64,000 nt of DNA from Candidatus Woesebacteria bacterium (GTDB taxonomy: Bacteria; Patescibacteriota; Microgenomatia; UBA1400; MFAQ01). Positions within the stretch are counted from its first letter, which is position 1; each line of letters begins with the position of its first letter. Below, piece after piece: positions 29,337 to 38,599 of this stretch. The stretch is from NCBI GenBank assembly GCA_035389185.1, contig DAOORK010000001.1:331825-395824 (forward strand). The letters run 5' to 3'. The position numbers and the translations under genes were made by a program. Under the pieces are notes generated by a model that was given only the letters and a program-made list of their open reading frames with translations, was not told the DNA's origin and searched no databases.

Positions 29337-29900
29337 TTACATCGTTTCCGGTTTGACAAAATCAAAGGAGACTTTTGCCGGATCGATTCGGCATTCTTGA
29401 GTGTCTTCGGTAGCTACAAAGAATTTATCGGTGAAGTAATTGAGAGTGACAGGAGTTGTTGAGGGATTGATAAAGCCGTGGGCTAAGCCGGCAGGAATGT
29501 AAACAAGTTTTTCGGAAGATAGAACGATTTTCATCTGTTTGCCGTAGGTTGGAGAACCGGTACGAAAATCAATTAGACCGAGAAGGATAGTGCCGTTGGT
29601 CGTCCAGATCTCATTCTGGACTGGATGAATATGCCAAAACCGTTGGGTGTAGGGAGCAAGATAAGACATATTACCCTGAACCGGCTTGAACTCAATACCA
29701 AGTTCTTTGAGAGCAAGATTGTTACCTTTTTCGTCGAGTCTGAGGGTTTCTTTGAACCAACCGCCAAAATCATCAGCGAAGGTGTTTAGTTTAAGAATTT
29801 GAACGCCATCAATCATGTCAGCTTTTTCGTAAGTCTGGCAAAAAAGATTGCTGTCTTGAGGAAGAGTAATGTTTTGATATTTTATTGGTTTAAATCCCAT
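29337..29900 (-). CDS. rfbC: dTDP-4-dehydrorhamnose 3,5-epimerase
   Basis: 187 aa with a cupin fold and DDFGGWFKETLR-type RmlC motifs, in the rfb operon. Confidence 0.75.
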   Translation of the reverse strand: MGFKPIKYQNITLPQDSNLFCQTYEKADMIDGVQILKLNTFADDFGGWFKETLRLDEKGNNLALKELGIEFKPVQGNMSYLAPYTQRFWHIHPVQNEIWTTNGTILLGLIDFRTGSPTYGKQMKIVLSSEKLVYIPAGLAHGFINPSTTPVTLNYFTDKFFVATEDTQECRIDPAKVSFDFVKPETM

Positions 29901-29909
29901 TTTGTTTAA

Positions 29910-30908
29910 TTATTTTTTATAAATAGATTCCGATTTTTCTTTAAGAGGCTTCCACCATGCCTCATTTTCTTTATACCACTCGACTGTCTTCTGAAGCCAT
30001 GTGTCGAAGTCGTATTGGGGAGCCCAACCGAGGTCCTTATTAATCTTGGTCCAGTCGACGGCGTAACGGCGGTCGTGACCGGGACGGTCGGTGACAAATT
30101 CGATTTTTTCATCGGGATTCATGCCAAGAAGTGAGATAACCTTCTGAGCGATTTCAAGATTATTTATATCTTCGGTCATACCACCAACACAGTAGGTTGA
30201 ACCGGGTGCGGCGTTGTGAAATACCATATCAATAGCACGGCAATGATCGAGGACATGAAGCCAGTCACGAACATATTTTCCATCACCGTATACTTTGACC
30301 TTTTCACCTGTTAACAAATTGGTGATCATACGAGGCATAAACTTTTCAGGATCTTGGAATGGGCCAAAGTTATTACTGCAGTTAGTGATCGTTACAGGGA
30401 CCCCAAAAGTATCGAAATAAGACCTCACGAGATGGTCTGAAGCGGCTTTGGATGCTGAGTAAGGGCTGTGAGGTTCATAACGAGTTTCTTCGTTGAATTT
30501 ATCTTGGCTATCTAGCGGTAAAGCTCCAAAAACCTCGTCGGTTGAAACATGATGAAACTTTTTGATGCCGTATTTCTTGGCTGCCTCGAGAAGAATTTGG
30601 GTACCGATAATGTTGGTTTTGGTAAAAACAAGGGGATCAAGAATTGAACGGTCAACGTGAGACTCGGCGGCAAAATGGATAATAGCCTCTACTTGAGAGA
30701 CAACTTTGTCGACAGCTACAACATCGGTAATATCCCCTTTCACAAAAGTGTAATGAGGATTATTTTCAACACTTTTGAGAGATTCGAGGTGACCGGCATA
30801 GGTTAGGAGATCAAAGTTTATGATTTCATCTTCAGGATATTTTGCCAGCCAGTATTGGACAAAGTTGGATCCGATAAAACCTGCTCCTCCAGTGACGAGT
30901 ATCTTCAT
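29910..30908 (-). CDS. rfbB: dTDP-glucose 4,6-dehydratase
   Basis: 332 aa with MKILVTGGAGFIGSNFV and a YxxxK catalytic motif (YSASKAASDHLVRSY). Confidence 0.85.
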   Translation of the reverse strand: MKILVTGGAGFIGSNFVQYWLAKYPEDEIINFDLLTYAGHLESLKSVENNPHYTFVKGDITDVVAVDKVVSQVEAIIHFAAESHVDRSILDPLVFTKTNIIGTQILLEAAKKYGIKKFHHVSTDEVFGALPLDSQDKFNEETRYEPHSPYSASKAASDHLVRSYFDTFGVPVTITNCSNNFGPFQDPEKFMPRMITNLLTGEKVKVYGDGKYVRDWLHVLDHCRAIDMVFHNAAPGSTYCVGGMTEDINNLEIAQKVISLLGMNPDEKIEFVTDRPGHDRRYAVDWTKINKDLGWAPQYDFDTWLQKTVEWYKENEAWWKPLKEKSESIYKK

Positions 30909-31991
30909 TTAGAATGTTATTTTACTTAATTCACCGACTAAGACTTCGACCTTGTTCTCAGAACGGGGGTTTTGAGATAGATGAGTACTGGGGCCGATGA
31001 TACTGTCATCGATGTTCTTCTTTATCTTATCAATAATAACGCCTTCCATCAGAACTGAGTCGGTAATGGTTGAGCCGATGACGGTACAGTTGTGATAAAT
31101 AGAGGTAAAAGGACCGATATTGGCGTCGTTGATGATACAGTTGTCACCAATATTGACCGGACCTTTGATAACAGTGTTTTTGATCTCACAGTTCTTGCCG
31201 ACAACGACACGACCGTGAATTTTGACGGTGTCGTCAAGCTTGGAATCGATATTGGTTTTGGTGTTGGCGTCCAAAAGGAACATATTGGCTTCCAACCAGT
31301 CATCAACTTTGCCCGGGTCAAGCCATTCGCCTTTGATTTCGAGAGTGTCGACGCGTTCACCATGGTCAATTAACCACTGAAAGGCTGCGGCAATCTCTAG
31401 TTCTCCTCTTTCCGAAGGTACTATTTTGTCTTTGCCTTTGAAACAATCAAAGATCATATTGTCGAAGAAGTAGACACCAGGGATGGCATAGTCGTGGGGA
31501 GGGTTGGCTGGCTTCTCAACATATTTGATCAATCTGCCTTTTTCATCAAAATAAGGGACACCCAAACGAGTGTTTTCGGGGTGATGGACAATACCGACCA
31601 AACCCTTGGGGCGATGAGTGTTGAAGTGATCGACTAAATTTTCTATTCCTCCATTAAAAATGTTATCTCCGAGGTGAAGAATGAAAGAATCTCCATCAAT
31701 GAAGTCTTCACAGACTTGAAAAATGTTGGCTAAACCTCCAACTGGATTTTCCTGAAGAACATAAGTAAATTTGGCTCCCCATTTTGAGCCATCTCCTAAA
31801 ACAGATTGAACTAACTCTAAACCTCCTGGGTTATAAGTAAAGGCAATTTCTTTTACTCCAGCCTCAAGAACAGCTTCGATGGGATAAAAGATAAGAGGTT
31901 TGTTCCCCACGGGAATCAAGTGCTTATTAGCAGAAAAAGTTAGAGGTCTCATTCTGGTGCCTCTTCCACCGGTTGGGATAATTGCTTTCAT
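30909..31991 (-). CDS. rfbA: Glucose-1-phosphate thymidylyltransferase (long form with C-terminal left-handed beta-helix)
   Basis: 360 aa. MKAIIPTGGRGTRMRPLT is the nucleotidyltransferase signature. The C-terminal hexapeptide-repeat region resembles the ~355-aa RmlA long forms. Confidence 0.75.
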   Translation of the reverse strand: MKAIIPTGGRGTRMRPLTFSANKHLIPVGNKPLIFYPIEAVLEAGVKEIAFTYNPGGLELVQSVLGDGSKWGAKFTYVLQENPVGGLANIFQVCEDFIDGDSFILHLGDNIFNGGIENLVDHFNTHRPKGLVGIVHHPENTRLGVPYFDEKGRLIKYVEKPANPPHDYAIPGVYFFDNMIFDCFKGKDKIVPSERGELEIAAAFQWLIDHGERVDTLEIKGEWLDPGKVDDWLEANMFLLDANTKTNIDSKLDDTVKIHGRVVVGKNCEIKNTVIKGPVNIGDNCIINDANIGPFTSIYHNCTVIGSTITDSVLMEGVIIDKIKKNIDDSIIGPSTHLSQNPRSENKVEVLVGELSKITF

Positions 31992-32022
31992 ATTCCGTTA
32001 TTATAACAATTGATAATAATGG

Positions 32023-32277
32023 TTACTTTAATAAACCTATAGTTATTATACACCCTAAAAGGGCAAATAGCACGTATTCTAAGACTATTCGTGCATGAAG
32101 TGACTTTTCTTTTGAGTGATGAATGATGGCCCATACTATATATAGTATGGAGTAGCCGATGATGGTAATTTCCTGGTAAAACTTATTTCCATTGAAGTAA
32201 AGAACTGCAATAATGGCAATTGAAGTAAGGATTGCAAGTAAAAGATAGTCTAGGATACTTCTGATCGGTTTTTTCAT
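32023..32277 (-). CDS. Small membrane protein (2 TM)
   Basis: 84 aa, hydrophobic, overlaps the upstream gene's stop. Confidence 0.35.
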   Translation of the reverse strand: MKKPIRSILDYLLLAILTSIAIIAVLYFNGNKFYQEITIIGYSILYIVWAIIHHSKEKSLHARIVLEYVLFALLGCIITIGLLK

Positions 32278-33152
32278 AAGACAATTCCCTGACGGATAAT
32301 AAGAATGATGATGGCAATGCCGGCGAAGTAGGTTAGATGGGCCCAGTTTTTGCCAGAAATACGAATGATGTTGTAGCGAAGAACAAAGAGCCAGTCAAGA
32401 CTGAGAGCAAAGAGAATCAGAATCACAAAGGCCAAAGACCAGGCACGAGAAAGATCCAAAGGAGACAAAACAGACTGTTCGGTGATTGAAGCCGTTTGTA
32501 GCGTGGTATCTGCGATGGTTTGAGTGGTGACAGTATCTTCGGCATAGGCAGTATTAGTTATTTTGGACGAGGCAATTTGGGAGACTGAAGTTTGGGTTGA
32601 ACCAAACATTTGAACTACAAGAGTGGTTTCGACTCCATTAATGGTCCCGTCGACAACGGCAACGCCAATATCTTGGTAACGACCATCAAGAAGATTTTGC
32701 TTGTGGGTTGGCGAAGCCATCCAAGCCCTGACAACATCGGTAGGATTACTAAAATCACGAGCCAGATTTTCCCCGGCGTGTTGGTAACTATAGCCTGAGC
32801 TGTTGATAAAGTACCATGGCTCTGTACCTGTAGGTGAGATGTGAGCCCAGTAATCATGCTCAAACATATCCATGGCTTTGGCGAGGGCGGCTTGGTCCAG
32901 CTGGGCATTTTCTTTTAGGATAGAAAGTCCTGCATTAAGACGTTCGCTATTGGTCAGCTCGATGATTTTGTCCGGATCGATTTGAGAAGCGTAGCCTAAA
33001 ACTCCAGGTTGTAACCCGACAGTAATGTCGATGATAGAACGGCCCATGATAAAAAGACCGATCAAAACAACAATTGATTTTGGCCAAAGAACTTTGGCTT
33101 TATGGTTGTTGTGAGGATGAGGTGCGAAAAGGCTTATGAAGGCGTTGGCCAT
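32274..33152 (-). CDS. CAP/SCP (PR-1-like, YkwD-like) domain protein with C-terminal membrane anchor
   Basis: 292 aa. ELTNSERLNAGL...HDYWAHISPTG...HAGENLARDF...RAWMASPTHKQNLLDGRYQDIGVAV matches CAP-domain motifs. A C-terminal hydrophobic segment follows. Confidence 0.6.
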   Translation of the reverse strand: MANAFISLFAPHPHNNHKAKVLWPKSIVVLIGLFIMGRSIIDITVGLQPGVLGYASQIDPDKIIELTNSERLNAGLSILKENAQLDQAALAKAMDMFEHDYWAHISPTGTEPWYFINSSGYSYQHAGENLARDFSNPTDVVRAWMASPTHKQNLLDGRYQDIGVAVVDGTINGVETTLVVQMFGSTQTSVSQIASSKITNTAYAEDTVTTQTIADTTLQTASITEQSVLSPLDLSRAWSLAFVILILFALSLDWLFVLRYNIIRISGKNWAHLTYFAGIAIIILIIRQGIVL

Positions 33153-33186
33153 AACTCATTTCATTATAAGAGCTTGCTCGCCTTCT

Positions 33187-33762
33187 TTACAATAACCCTG
33201 TTGCGGTGATAACCAAACGCTTGATATCCGTGCCGGGAGGATAACAGGTCATAAGAGTAAGAGTTTTCCCCTGTTTGCTGTTTGCCAAAGACGAGAGATT
33301 CTGAGGGTCAACAATCTCTTTTTTGACGGTCTGGTAGGTATATTTCTGGCCGTGGTAATAAAGAATTACTTCGTCTCCCATTTCGAGCTTGGTGAGCAGA
33401 TAAAAGATGGAGTTGTAACGAGTAGCCAAAAAGAAATCCTCTGATGAGTGAGAAAAAATAAACACATTCCCCTCTTCATCGGGAAGGGCTGAACCTTGCG
33501 CATGGGCAACTCCTTGGGTAAGAGCTTTTTGATAGACTTGAGCGTTGAAGGGATCAACATTGGCAATGACTTTAGCATTGATACCCAACTTGGGAATAAT
33601 AATGCCAAAGTCGGTACTTAGGGGTAGGATTTCTTTTGTCTCAGGTGGTTTGGTCTGGTGGAGTTGATAGATAACCTCGTTTTGGGCAATAGGGAAAAAA
33701 GTCATCACAACAACGGAAATAGCACCCAATACCAATAAAAAACCAAGTATTTTTTTTATCAC
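33187..33762 (-). CDS. Sortase family transpeptidase
   Basis: 191 aa with an N-terminal TM anchor, His in GNVFIFSHSS, catalytic Cys in TLTLMTCYP (TLxTC) and conserved Arg in IKRLVITA. Confidence 0.75.
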   Translation of the reverse strand: MIKKILGFLLVLGAISVVVMTFFPIAQNEVIYQLHQTKPPETKEILPLSTDFGIIIPKLGINAKVIANVDPFNAQVYQKALTQGVAHAQGSALPDEEGNVFIFSHSSEDFFLATRYNSIFYLLTKLEMGDEVILYYHGQKYTYQTVKKEIVDPQNLSSLANSKQGKTLTLMTCYPPGTDIKRLVITATGLL

Positions 33763-33769
33763 AAGACTA

Positions 33770-34699
33770 TTATGAACGTTTTCTGGCTTTTCTGAAGAAA
33801 TAGGCCGAAAGAAGAAGCAGAGGAATGGCTAGCCATTTTAGATTCTTCAATTTATCGGTGCTGATACCGAGGACTGCAGAAGATGAAGCGGACTGAGATT
33901 CGCTGGGGGAAACTGAAACATTAGCTGTCGGTTCTTCTGCTGTGCTGACACCAGCGGCTACTTGAGATCCTGATGTGACAGGAATGGCTGTCTGAGAATT
34001 AATTGTCGTGGTAGTTCCGGTAGTAATTACTGTGGTGAAACTGTCGCCGACAATTCCGGAAACGTTTCCATAGTTATCAACAGCTCTTATCGCGTAAAAG
34101 TACTCTTTACCGCAAGTGGGAATACTGTTAGTGATTTCACCGGTTGTGTCTGGAACAATTGACTGGGAAGAAATAAAATGATCCGAATTAATACTGATGG
34201 AATTTGTGTCAGACCTATAAAGCTCAATTTTAGTTGTTCTTCCGTCGTTGGCTGTTTTGAATTTTATTTTGTAATCACAGTCATTAATTTTTTCTTTCGA
34301 GTAGGAAACAGGAGCACTTGGACCGGAGGTATTAAAATCAATGGAGACAATATTACTTTCTTTGACGCCATTGGCAACCACCTTAAAAGAATAAGCACCG
34401 ATTGTATTTAAAATGGTGTTATCGACGCTGCAGTAGTCGGTATTTCCACCAGGAATCAAGGAAATATCTTGGAACTTAACATAGTCACTGTCTGAAGGAG
34501 ACTTTTTGAAACAACTGACGGCGATATTGTCTGTTCCGCCAATTTCGAGAGCCACAAAAGTAAGCTTTAAATTACTTTGATTGGTAGGTGTCTTGGGCTG
34601 ACCCAATCTAACCGTAAGTGCGTTGGCTGCTTGGGAAGTGATCGGGAAACTCAAAGCGATAGCGCAGAAACTAGCGAGAACAAATATTTTTAATTTCAT
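33770..34699 (-). CDS. Secreted Ig/FN3-like surface protein with C-terminal TM anchor and basic tail (no canonical LPXTG)
   Basis: 309 aa with a signal peptide and beta-rich repeats. The C-terminus ...LKNLKWLAIPLLLLSAYFFRKARKRS resembles a sorting-signal architecture. It lies immediately downstream of the sortase. Confidence 0.45.
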   Translation of the reverse strand: MKLKIFVLASFCAIALSFPITSQAANALTVRLGQPKTPTNQSNLKLTFVALEIGGTDNIAVSCFKKSPSDSDYVKFQDISLIPGGNTDYCSVDNTILNTIGAYSFKVVANGVKESNIVSIDFNTSGPSAPVSYSKEKINDCDYKIKFKTANDGRTTKIELYRSDTNSISINSDHFISSQSIVPDTTGEITNSIPTCGKEYFYAIRAVDNYGNVSGIVGDSFTTVITTGTTTTINSQTAIPVTSGSQVAAGVSTAEEPTANVSVSPSESQSASSSAVLGISTDKLKNLKWLAIPLLLLSAYFFRKARKRS

Positions 34700-37293
34700 T
34701 TACTTTTGGATGATCTTAGTAATTTAATACCCATCGTGAGACCAATCATGGCGAGAATTATCCAGTAAGTGGAAGCACCTGTAGCGGGTAGAGTTGTCGT
34801 TGCGCCGAGGACTTCTCCAATTTTAGTTTCTTTCTTTTCAACGTCGTAGGTATCATCTTTTGTCTGCGATTTGACGACGTTGACTTCTGTACCAACGAAG
34901 TTTTCGGCAATGAATTTTGAATCAACACCTGAAGCATAGATGTCTTCATTAGCAACGGCCCAAGCAAGGTCGGTATAAAGACCAGGGTCTTGGGATGAAC
35001 TGATGTCGGCGGTATAGGTAAGAATTACATCAGCGCCTTCCGGGACATCACCAAGGCTCCAAGTTCCTGGTGAGTGATATGTTGGTTCAGAAATAGTGAC
35101 TGGAAGACCATTTACTGTGGCATGATATGAACCTATACGGTAGACAAAGCCTGAAGGCAATAAATCTTCGACTGTCAAACTATTGGCTTGGGCAGACGAG
35201 ACGTGGAGTTTGATAATGAAGTTTACAGAACTACCAGGAGTTTTGTCAGTTGAGGCATCGTTGGACTTACTAATAGTGAGTGTGGGGTTGTATTCACACG
35301 CTTCTTCATCACTGTAGGTAGTTGATGTCACCTCTTCATAATTATTGGCTGTTTCATCAGTACACACCGGAGTTTTGTCGTGACACTCGTTGTCGTTGCC
35401 AAGGTACTGTATCTCTGTACAATCTGGGGTAGGTTCAACACAGTGATTATTTAGAGTCGGTTGATCACCGTAGGCAGAGATTGCATCACCATTTTTGGCA
35501 GTGAAAGCCGGCCAGATGTCGTCCGAGTGACCGCCATGGCCACTAAGCCAATCTATGGCTGAAGCGACTGAGTTTATGGAAACGTCCTGTTCATTGTAGT
35601 CGTGACTGGAGTTTTCACTGGTGGCATGACAGATTGTGACTTTGCTTTCAGTTTGACAACTTGAATCACAGCCGTCGCCATCAATTACGTTTCCGTCGTC
35701 ACAGTATTCCTCTGATTGAATATAGCCGTCGCCAGATGAAGCAATTTCGCAGGCATTTGTACATGAATCAGTGTTTACAGTATTACCGTCATCACATGAC
35801 TCATCACCTTGAGCAAAACCATCACCACAGACTATGGCGTCACAAGCATTGCCGATACCATCGCCATCATCGTCTTGCTGGTTTGAGTTGGCAACGCTGG
35901 CACAGTTGTCACAAACATTGCCTAACATATCGTTGTCGGAATCACTCTGATCTGGATTGGCGGTTGAACGACAGTTATCACACACATCGCCGATACCGTC
36001 AGAATCAGAGTCTGATTGATCTGAGTTGGCAACGCTGGCACAGTTGTCATCACTGTCACAGATACCATCCTCATCGCGATCATTACAAGGAGGAGTGTAA
36101 GTATTGGTGAAAGTACAAACAACCGATTCGTTGGCCTTGAGAACAATGGAGATATTGGGGGAAGCGTTTTTATTCCAACTGGAACTGGAGTTTGCTCCAG
36201 TACAGGAGACACCGGTGAGAGCCCAACCAGAAGCAGGGGCGTCTTCAGTGAAGGTATAAGTACCTGTAGCTATATCACTGAATGTTTGTGAACCGGTATT
36301 GCTTGAAGTTGTGATCGTAAAAGGGGAGATACCGCCGGTTGCGGTAATTCCGAAAGAACCATCGGAATCGACAGTGTTTTTAATTATTTTTATTGAACCT
36401 TTTGGAGATGAAATGGTAATGGTATCTGAACAAGTATTATTTGATTCGTCTCCTTCGATTATGTTGTTTCCTGAATCAACGTTACAGACGCCGCCGGTTT
36501 TGGGGTTTGTATACATGCCTGAGGCGGTAGCTGTGACATTGAAAGATACCGTGAGATAACTCGATGGATTGAAGACCACATGTTTGTCGTTTTTGACCTT
36601 ACAGGTAAGGACTTTTGAACTAATGGAGCAAATCAAATCATTTTCGTGATCGATGTTGTTGTGGACAGAAATATATGGTGTTCCATATGTGAGACCACTG
36701 ATTGGTAGTTCATCGGTAATAACGACTTCATTCTCGTTAAAACGGGCGTCTGCTGATCCAATATTAGTTACTTTTAGACTCCAGATAAAGGTTTGATTAA
36801 TAGAACCTGTTGAACTTACTAGATTATTTGTTTTTTCAATCTTTAGGTCGCTTGGAGCTTTGCATCCGTTTGCCAAGAAAGCCTGATTGTAAGTTGTGTC
36901 GTAATTTTTACCAGGATATGAACAAGAACCATAAGTGTAGCTTGGAATAATGTCATCATCATGAGTTCCATGACCATTGACACTTTCACATTTTGAAATC
37001 GAGTTAATACTTACTGGGTTTTCTGTATATTTTCCACCTTGCCCTTCGTCCCAGTGGCAGATAGTGATATTTGTATTGGGAATTGATGGAGTATCAGTAA
37101 AAGTAGTGGAGGCAACAGTGGTATCTGTGGAATCAGTAACAACGATAGCATAGTCTGGGCGGTATTCTCCAAGAAGAGGAAGGAAGTACATGAATGAACC
37201 AGCTTCGTCAGTAACCACATTTTCGGCATTGGAATAGTTATCGGTTTCGGAAGTTACTGTGGAAGTGTAAGGGGTGTTGGCAAGAAAAAACAT
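34696..37293 (-). CDS. LPXTG-anchored cell-surface protein with thrombospondin type 3-like Ca-binding Cys/Asp repeats (main ORF; the N-terminus is separated by a frameshift)
   Basis: 865 aa. The C-terminal LPATGASTYWIILAMIGLTMGIKLLRSSKSK is an LPXTG motif followed by a TM helix and a basic tail. Internal repeats DSDDNCASVANSDQSDSDSDGIGDVCDNC... and CDDGN Cys-rich repeats are present. There is no signal peptide at the listed Met. The frame stays open upstream to 37575. Confidence 0.75.
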   Translation of the reverse strand: MFFLANTPYTSTVTSETDNYSNAENVVTDEAGSFMYFLPLLGEYRPDYAIVVTDSTDTTVASTTFTDTPSIPNTNITICHWDEGQGGKYTENPVSINSISKCESVNGHGTHDDDIIPSYTYGSCSYPGKNYDTTYNQAFLANGCKAPSDLKIEKTNNLVSSTGSINQTFIWSLKVTNIGSADARFNENEVVITDELPISGLTYGTPYISVHNNIDHENDLICSISSKVLTCKVKNDKHVVFNPSSYLTVSFNVTATASGMYTNPKTGGVCNVDSGNNIIEGDESNNTCSDTITISSPKGSIKIIKNTVDSDGSFGITATGGISPFTITTSSNTGSQTFSDIATGTYTFTEDAPASGWALTGVSCTGANSSSSWNKNASPNISIVLKANESVVCTFTNTYTPPCNDRDEDGICDSDDNCASVANSDQSDSDSDGIGDVCDNCRSTANPDQSDSDNDMLGNVCDNCASVANSNQQDDDGDGIGNACDAIVCGDGFAQGDESCDDGNTVNTDSCTNACEIASSGDGYIQSEEYCDDGNVIDGDGCDSSCQTESKVTICHATSENSSHDYNEQDVSINSVASAIDWLSGHGGHSDDIWPAFTAKNGDAISAYGDQPTLNNHCVEPTPDCTEIQYLGNDNECHDKTPVCTDETANNYEEVTSTTYSDEEACEYNPTLTISKSNDASTDKTPGSSVNFIIKLHVSSAQANSLTVEDLLPSGFVYRIGSYHATVNGLPVTISEPTYHSPGTWSLGDVPEGADVILTYTADISSSQDPGLYTDLAWAVANEDIYASGVDSKFIAENFVGTEVNVVKSQTKDDTYDVEKKETKIGEVLGATTTLPATGASTYWIILAMIGLTMGIKLLRSSKSK

Positions 37294-37400
37294 ACCGGCT
37301 ATCTGAACCGTGTCGGTCGGAGCATAGTCGGCTTTGTCTGTGGTGACAGTTGGCTCGTTGGATGTATTTTCTGCGGGAGGAGAGTTGTTTTTAACTTCTT

Positions 37401-37636
37401 CCGGAGTTGGTTCTACTGTTGGGGTAGCTTCGGGGGTTATCTCGGGAGTAATTTCCGGAGTTATCTCAGGTGTTACTTCGGGAGTTGGAGAAACCTCGGG
37501 AGTTGGATCAATTGTAGGAGTAGCTTCCGGAGTTATTTCCGGAGTTGGTTCTACTGTTGGGGTAGCTTCGGGGGGTTATCTCGGGAGTAATTTCCGGAGT
37601 TATCTCAGGTGTCACTTCGGGAGTTGGAGAAACCTC
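37401..37636. repeat. Imperfect tandem direct repeat (two ~97-bp copies, period ~138 bp) encoding a TPE[IV]TPE repeat; copy 2 carries G6 where copy 1 has G5
   Basis: Copy 1 (37401..37497) and copy 2 (37539..37636) are identical by direct comparison except for one extra G (37570..37575 versus 37432..37436) and a T/C change. Confidence 0.8.
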
Positions 37637-37765
37637 AACTACAGCCGCAGGTGTGGCGTCTTCGGCATACACCGGTAGTGCAACAAAAAATGGGGTAAAA
37701 GATTGAAAGAGAAGACTAAAAGAAGAAATAAACGAAAATATTTTCCTTACTTTATGGTGCTTCAT
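37508..37765 (-). CDS. Signal-peptide-bearing N-terminal fragment of the LPXTG surface protein (out of frame with the main ORF)
   Basis: 85 aa. MKHHKVRKIFSFISSFSLLFQSFTPFFVALPVYA is a signal peptide, followed by TPEVTPEITPEITPEITP. The frame leaves the repeat exactly at the G6 tract; removing one G fuses it in-frame to the 865-aa ORF. Confidence 0.65.
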   Translation of the reverse strand: MKHHKVRKIFSFISSFSLLFQSFTPFFVALPVYAEDATPAAVVEVSPTPEVTPEITPEITPEITPRSYPNSRTNSGNNSGSYSYN

Positions 37766-37841
37766 TTGTTTTTTGGCATTAATACCTATTCAGCTTATAT
37801 TAAGCTATCTGAGGCGTATTGTACTGTTTAATACAGTTTTG

Positions 37842-38165
37842 TCAACAGGGTCTTTTTGTGATAGATGGAGGTGAAGAATAGATGGGTTCGACAGGGGTGG
37901 CAGAACCGTTTACATCGATATCCAGAGCGAGACTTAAAGCATTTGCTATTGAGACACCGACACGAGTACCGGTAAAAGATCCGGGGCCAGGATTGACTTC
38001 AATATCGGTGATGTCTTCCGGCTTTTTGTTTTCTTTTTCGAGACAACCGACCAGAAAACCAAAAACGTCTTGATCTCGTGGTGAGTCGACTTTTCTCACG
38101 TACTCTCGATCGTTTATACGGATAATTGTTTGAGTATTTTGGGTTGAGTCAATATAGAGTTTCAT
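37842..38165 (-). CDS. tsaB: tRNA threonylcarbamoyladenosine biosynthesis protein TsaB (short form)
   Basis: 107 aa. A conserved GPGSFTGTRVGVSIANALS motif (YeaZ/TsaB N-domain) is present. It lies adjacent to tsaE. Confidence 0.6.
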   Translation of the reverse strand: MKLYIDSTQNTQTIIRINDREYVRKVDSPRDQDVFGFLVGCLEKENKKPEDITDIEVNPGPGSFTGTRVGVSIANALSLALDIDVNGSATPVEPIYSSPPSITKRPC

Positions 38166-38599
38166 TTGTGTTCGATGATTTTTATCACTCTTTCATTTTC
38201 GCCGTTGGCTTTGAAAAAGATGTCGAAACGTTTTTGGGGAAGAATATCGGCCAGCTTTTCCGGCCACTCAATGATCAGAATGTTTGATGGATCTGACCAA
38301 ATTTCTTCGATATCAAAGGCTCTGATTTCTTCTACAGAGTTTAGACGATACAGATCGAGATGGTAGAAGGTCTTTATTGTCGGATGATTAGCAACAGGGT
38401 ATTGGCGCATGATGATGAAAGTAGGAGATACGACCCTATCGATACCAAAATACTTTCCGATTCCTTGTGAAAAAGTGGTTTTGCCGGCAGCCAAGTCACC
38501 ATAAAGACAGATGGTTGTTCCCCTTTCCAAAATCGAGGCGATTTTTTCAGCTATTTCTCTTGTTTCTTCGTAAGAAGTGGAGATGTAAGTCTCTTCCAT
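38162..38599 (-). CDS. tsaE: tRNA threonylcarbamoyladenosine biosynthesis ATPase TsaE
   Basis: 145 aa with the Walker A motif YGDLAAGKTTFSQGI, typical of YjeE/TsaE. Confidence 0.75.
   Translation of the reverse strand: MEETYISTSYEETREIAEKIASILERGTTICLYGDLAAGKTTFSQGIGKYFGIDRVVSPTFIIMRQYPVANHPTIKTFYHLDLYRLNSVEEIRAFDIEEIWSDPSNILIIEWPEKLADILPQKRFDIFFKANGENERVIKIIEHK

Noticed and set aside
35661-36110. 149-aa His/Arg-rich plus-strand ORF (HHxHRxH repeats)
   Set aside because: It is the antisense reading of the Asp/Ser-rich TSP3-like repeat region of the LPXTG gene (GAC/GAT/TCA codons read in reverse give His/Arg). This is a mirror artefact, not a metal-binding protein.
37334-37678. 114-aa Gly/Val/Ser-rich plus-strand ORF (SGVISGVISGV repeats)
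   Set aside because: It is the antisense reading of the TPEITPE tandem repeat and is fully explained by the minus-strand surface-protein gene.
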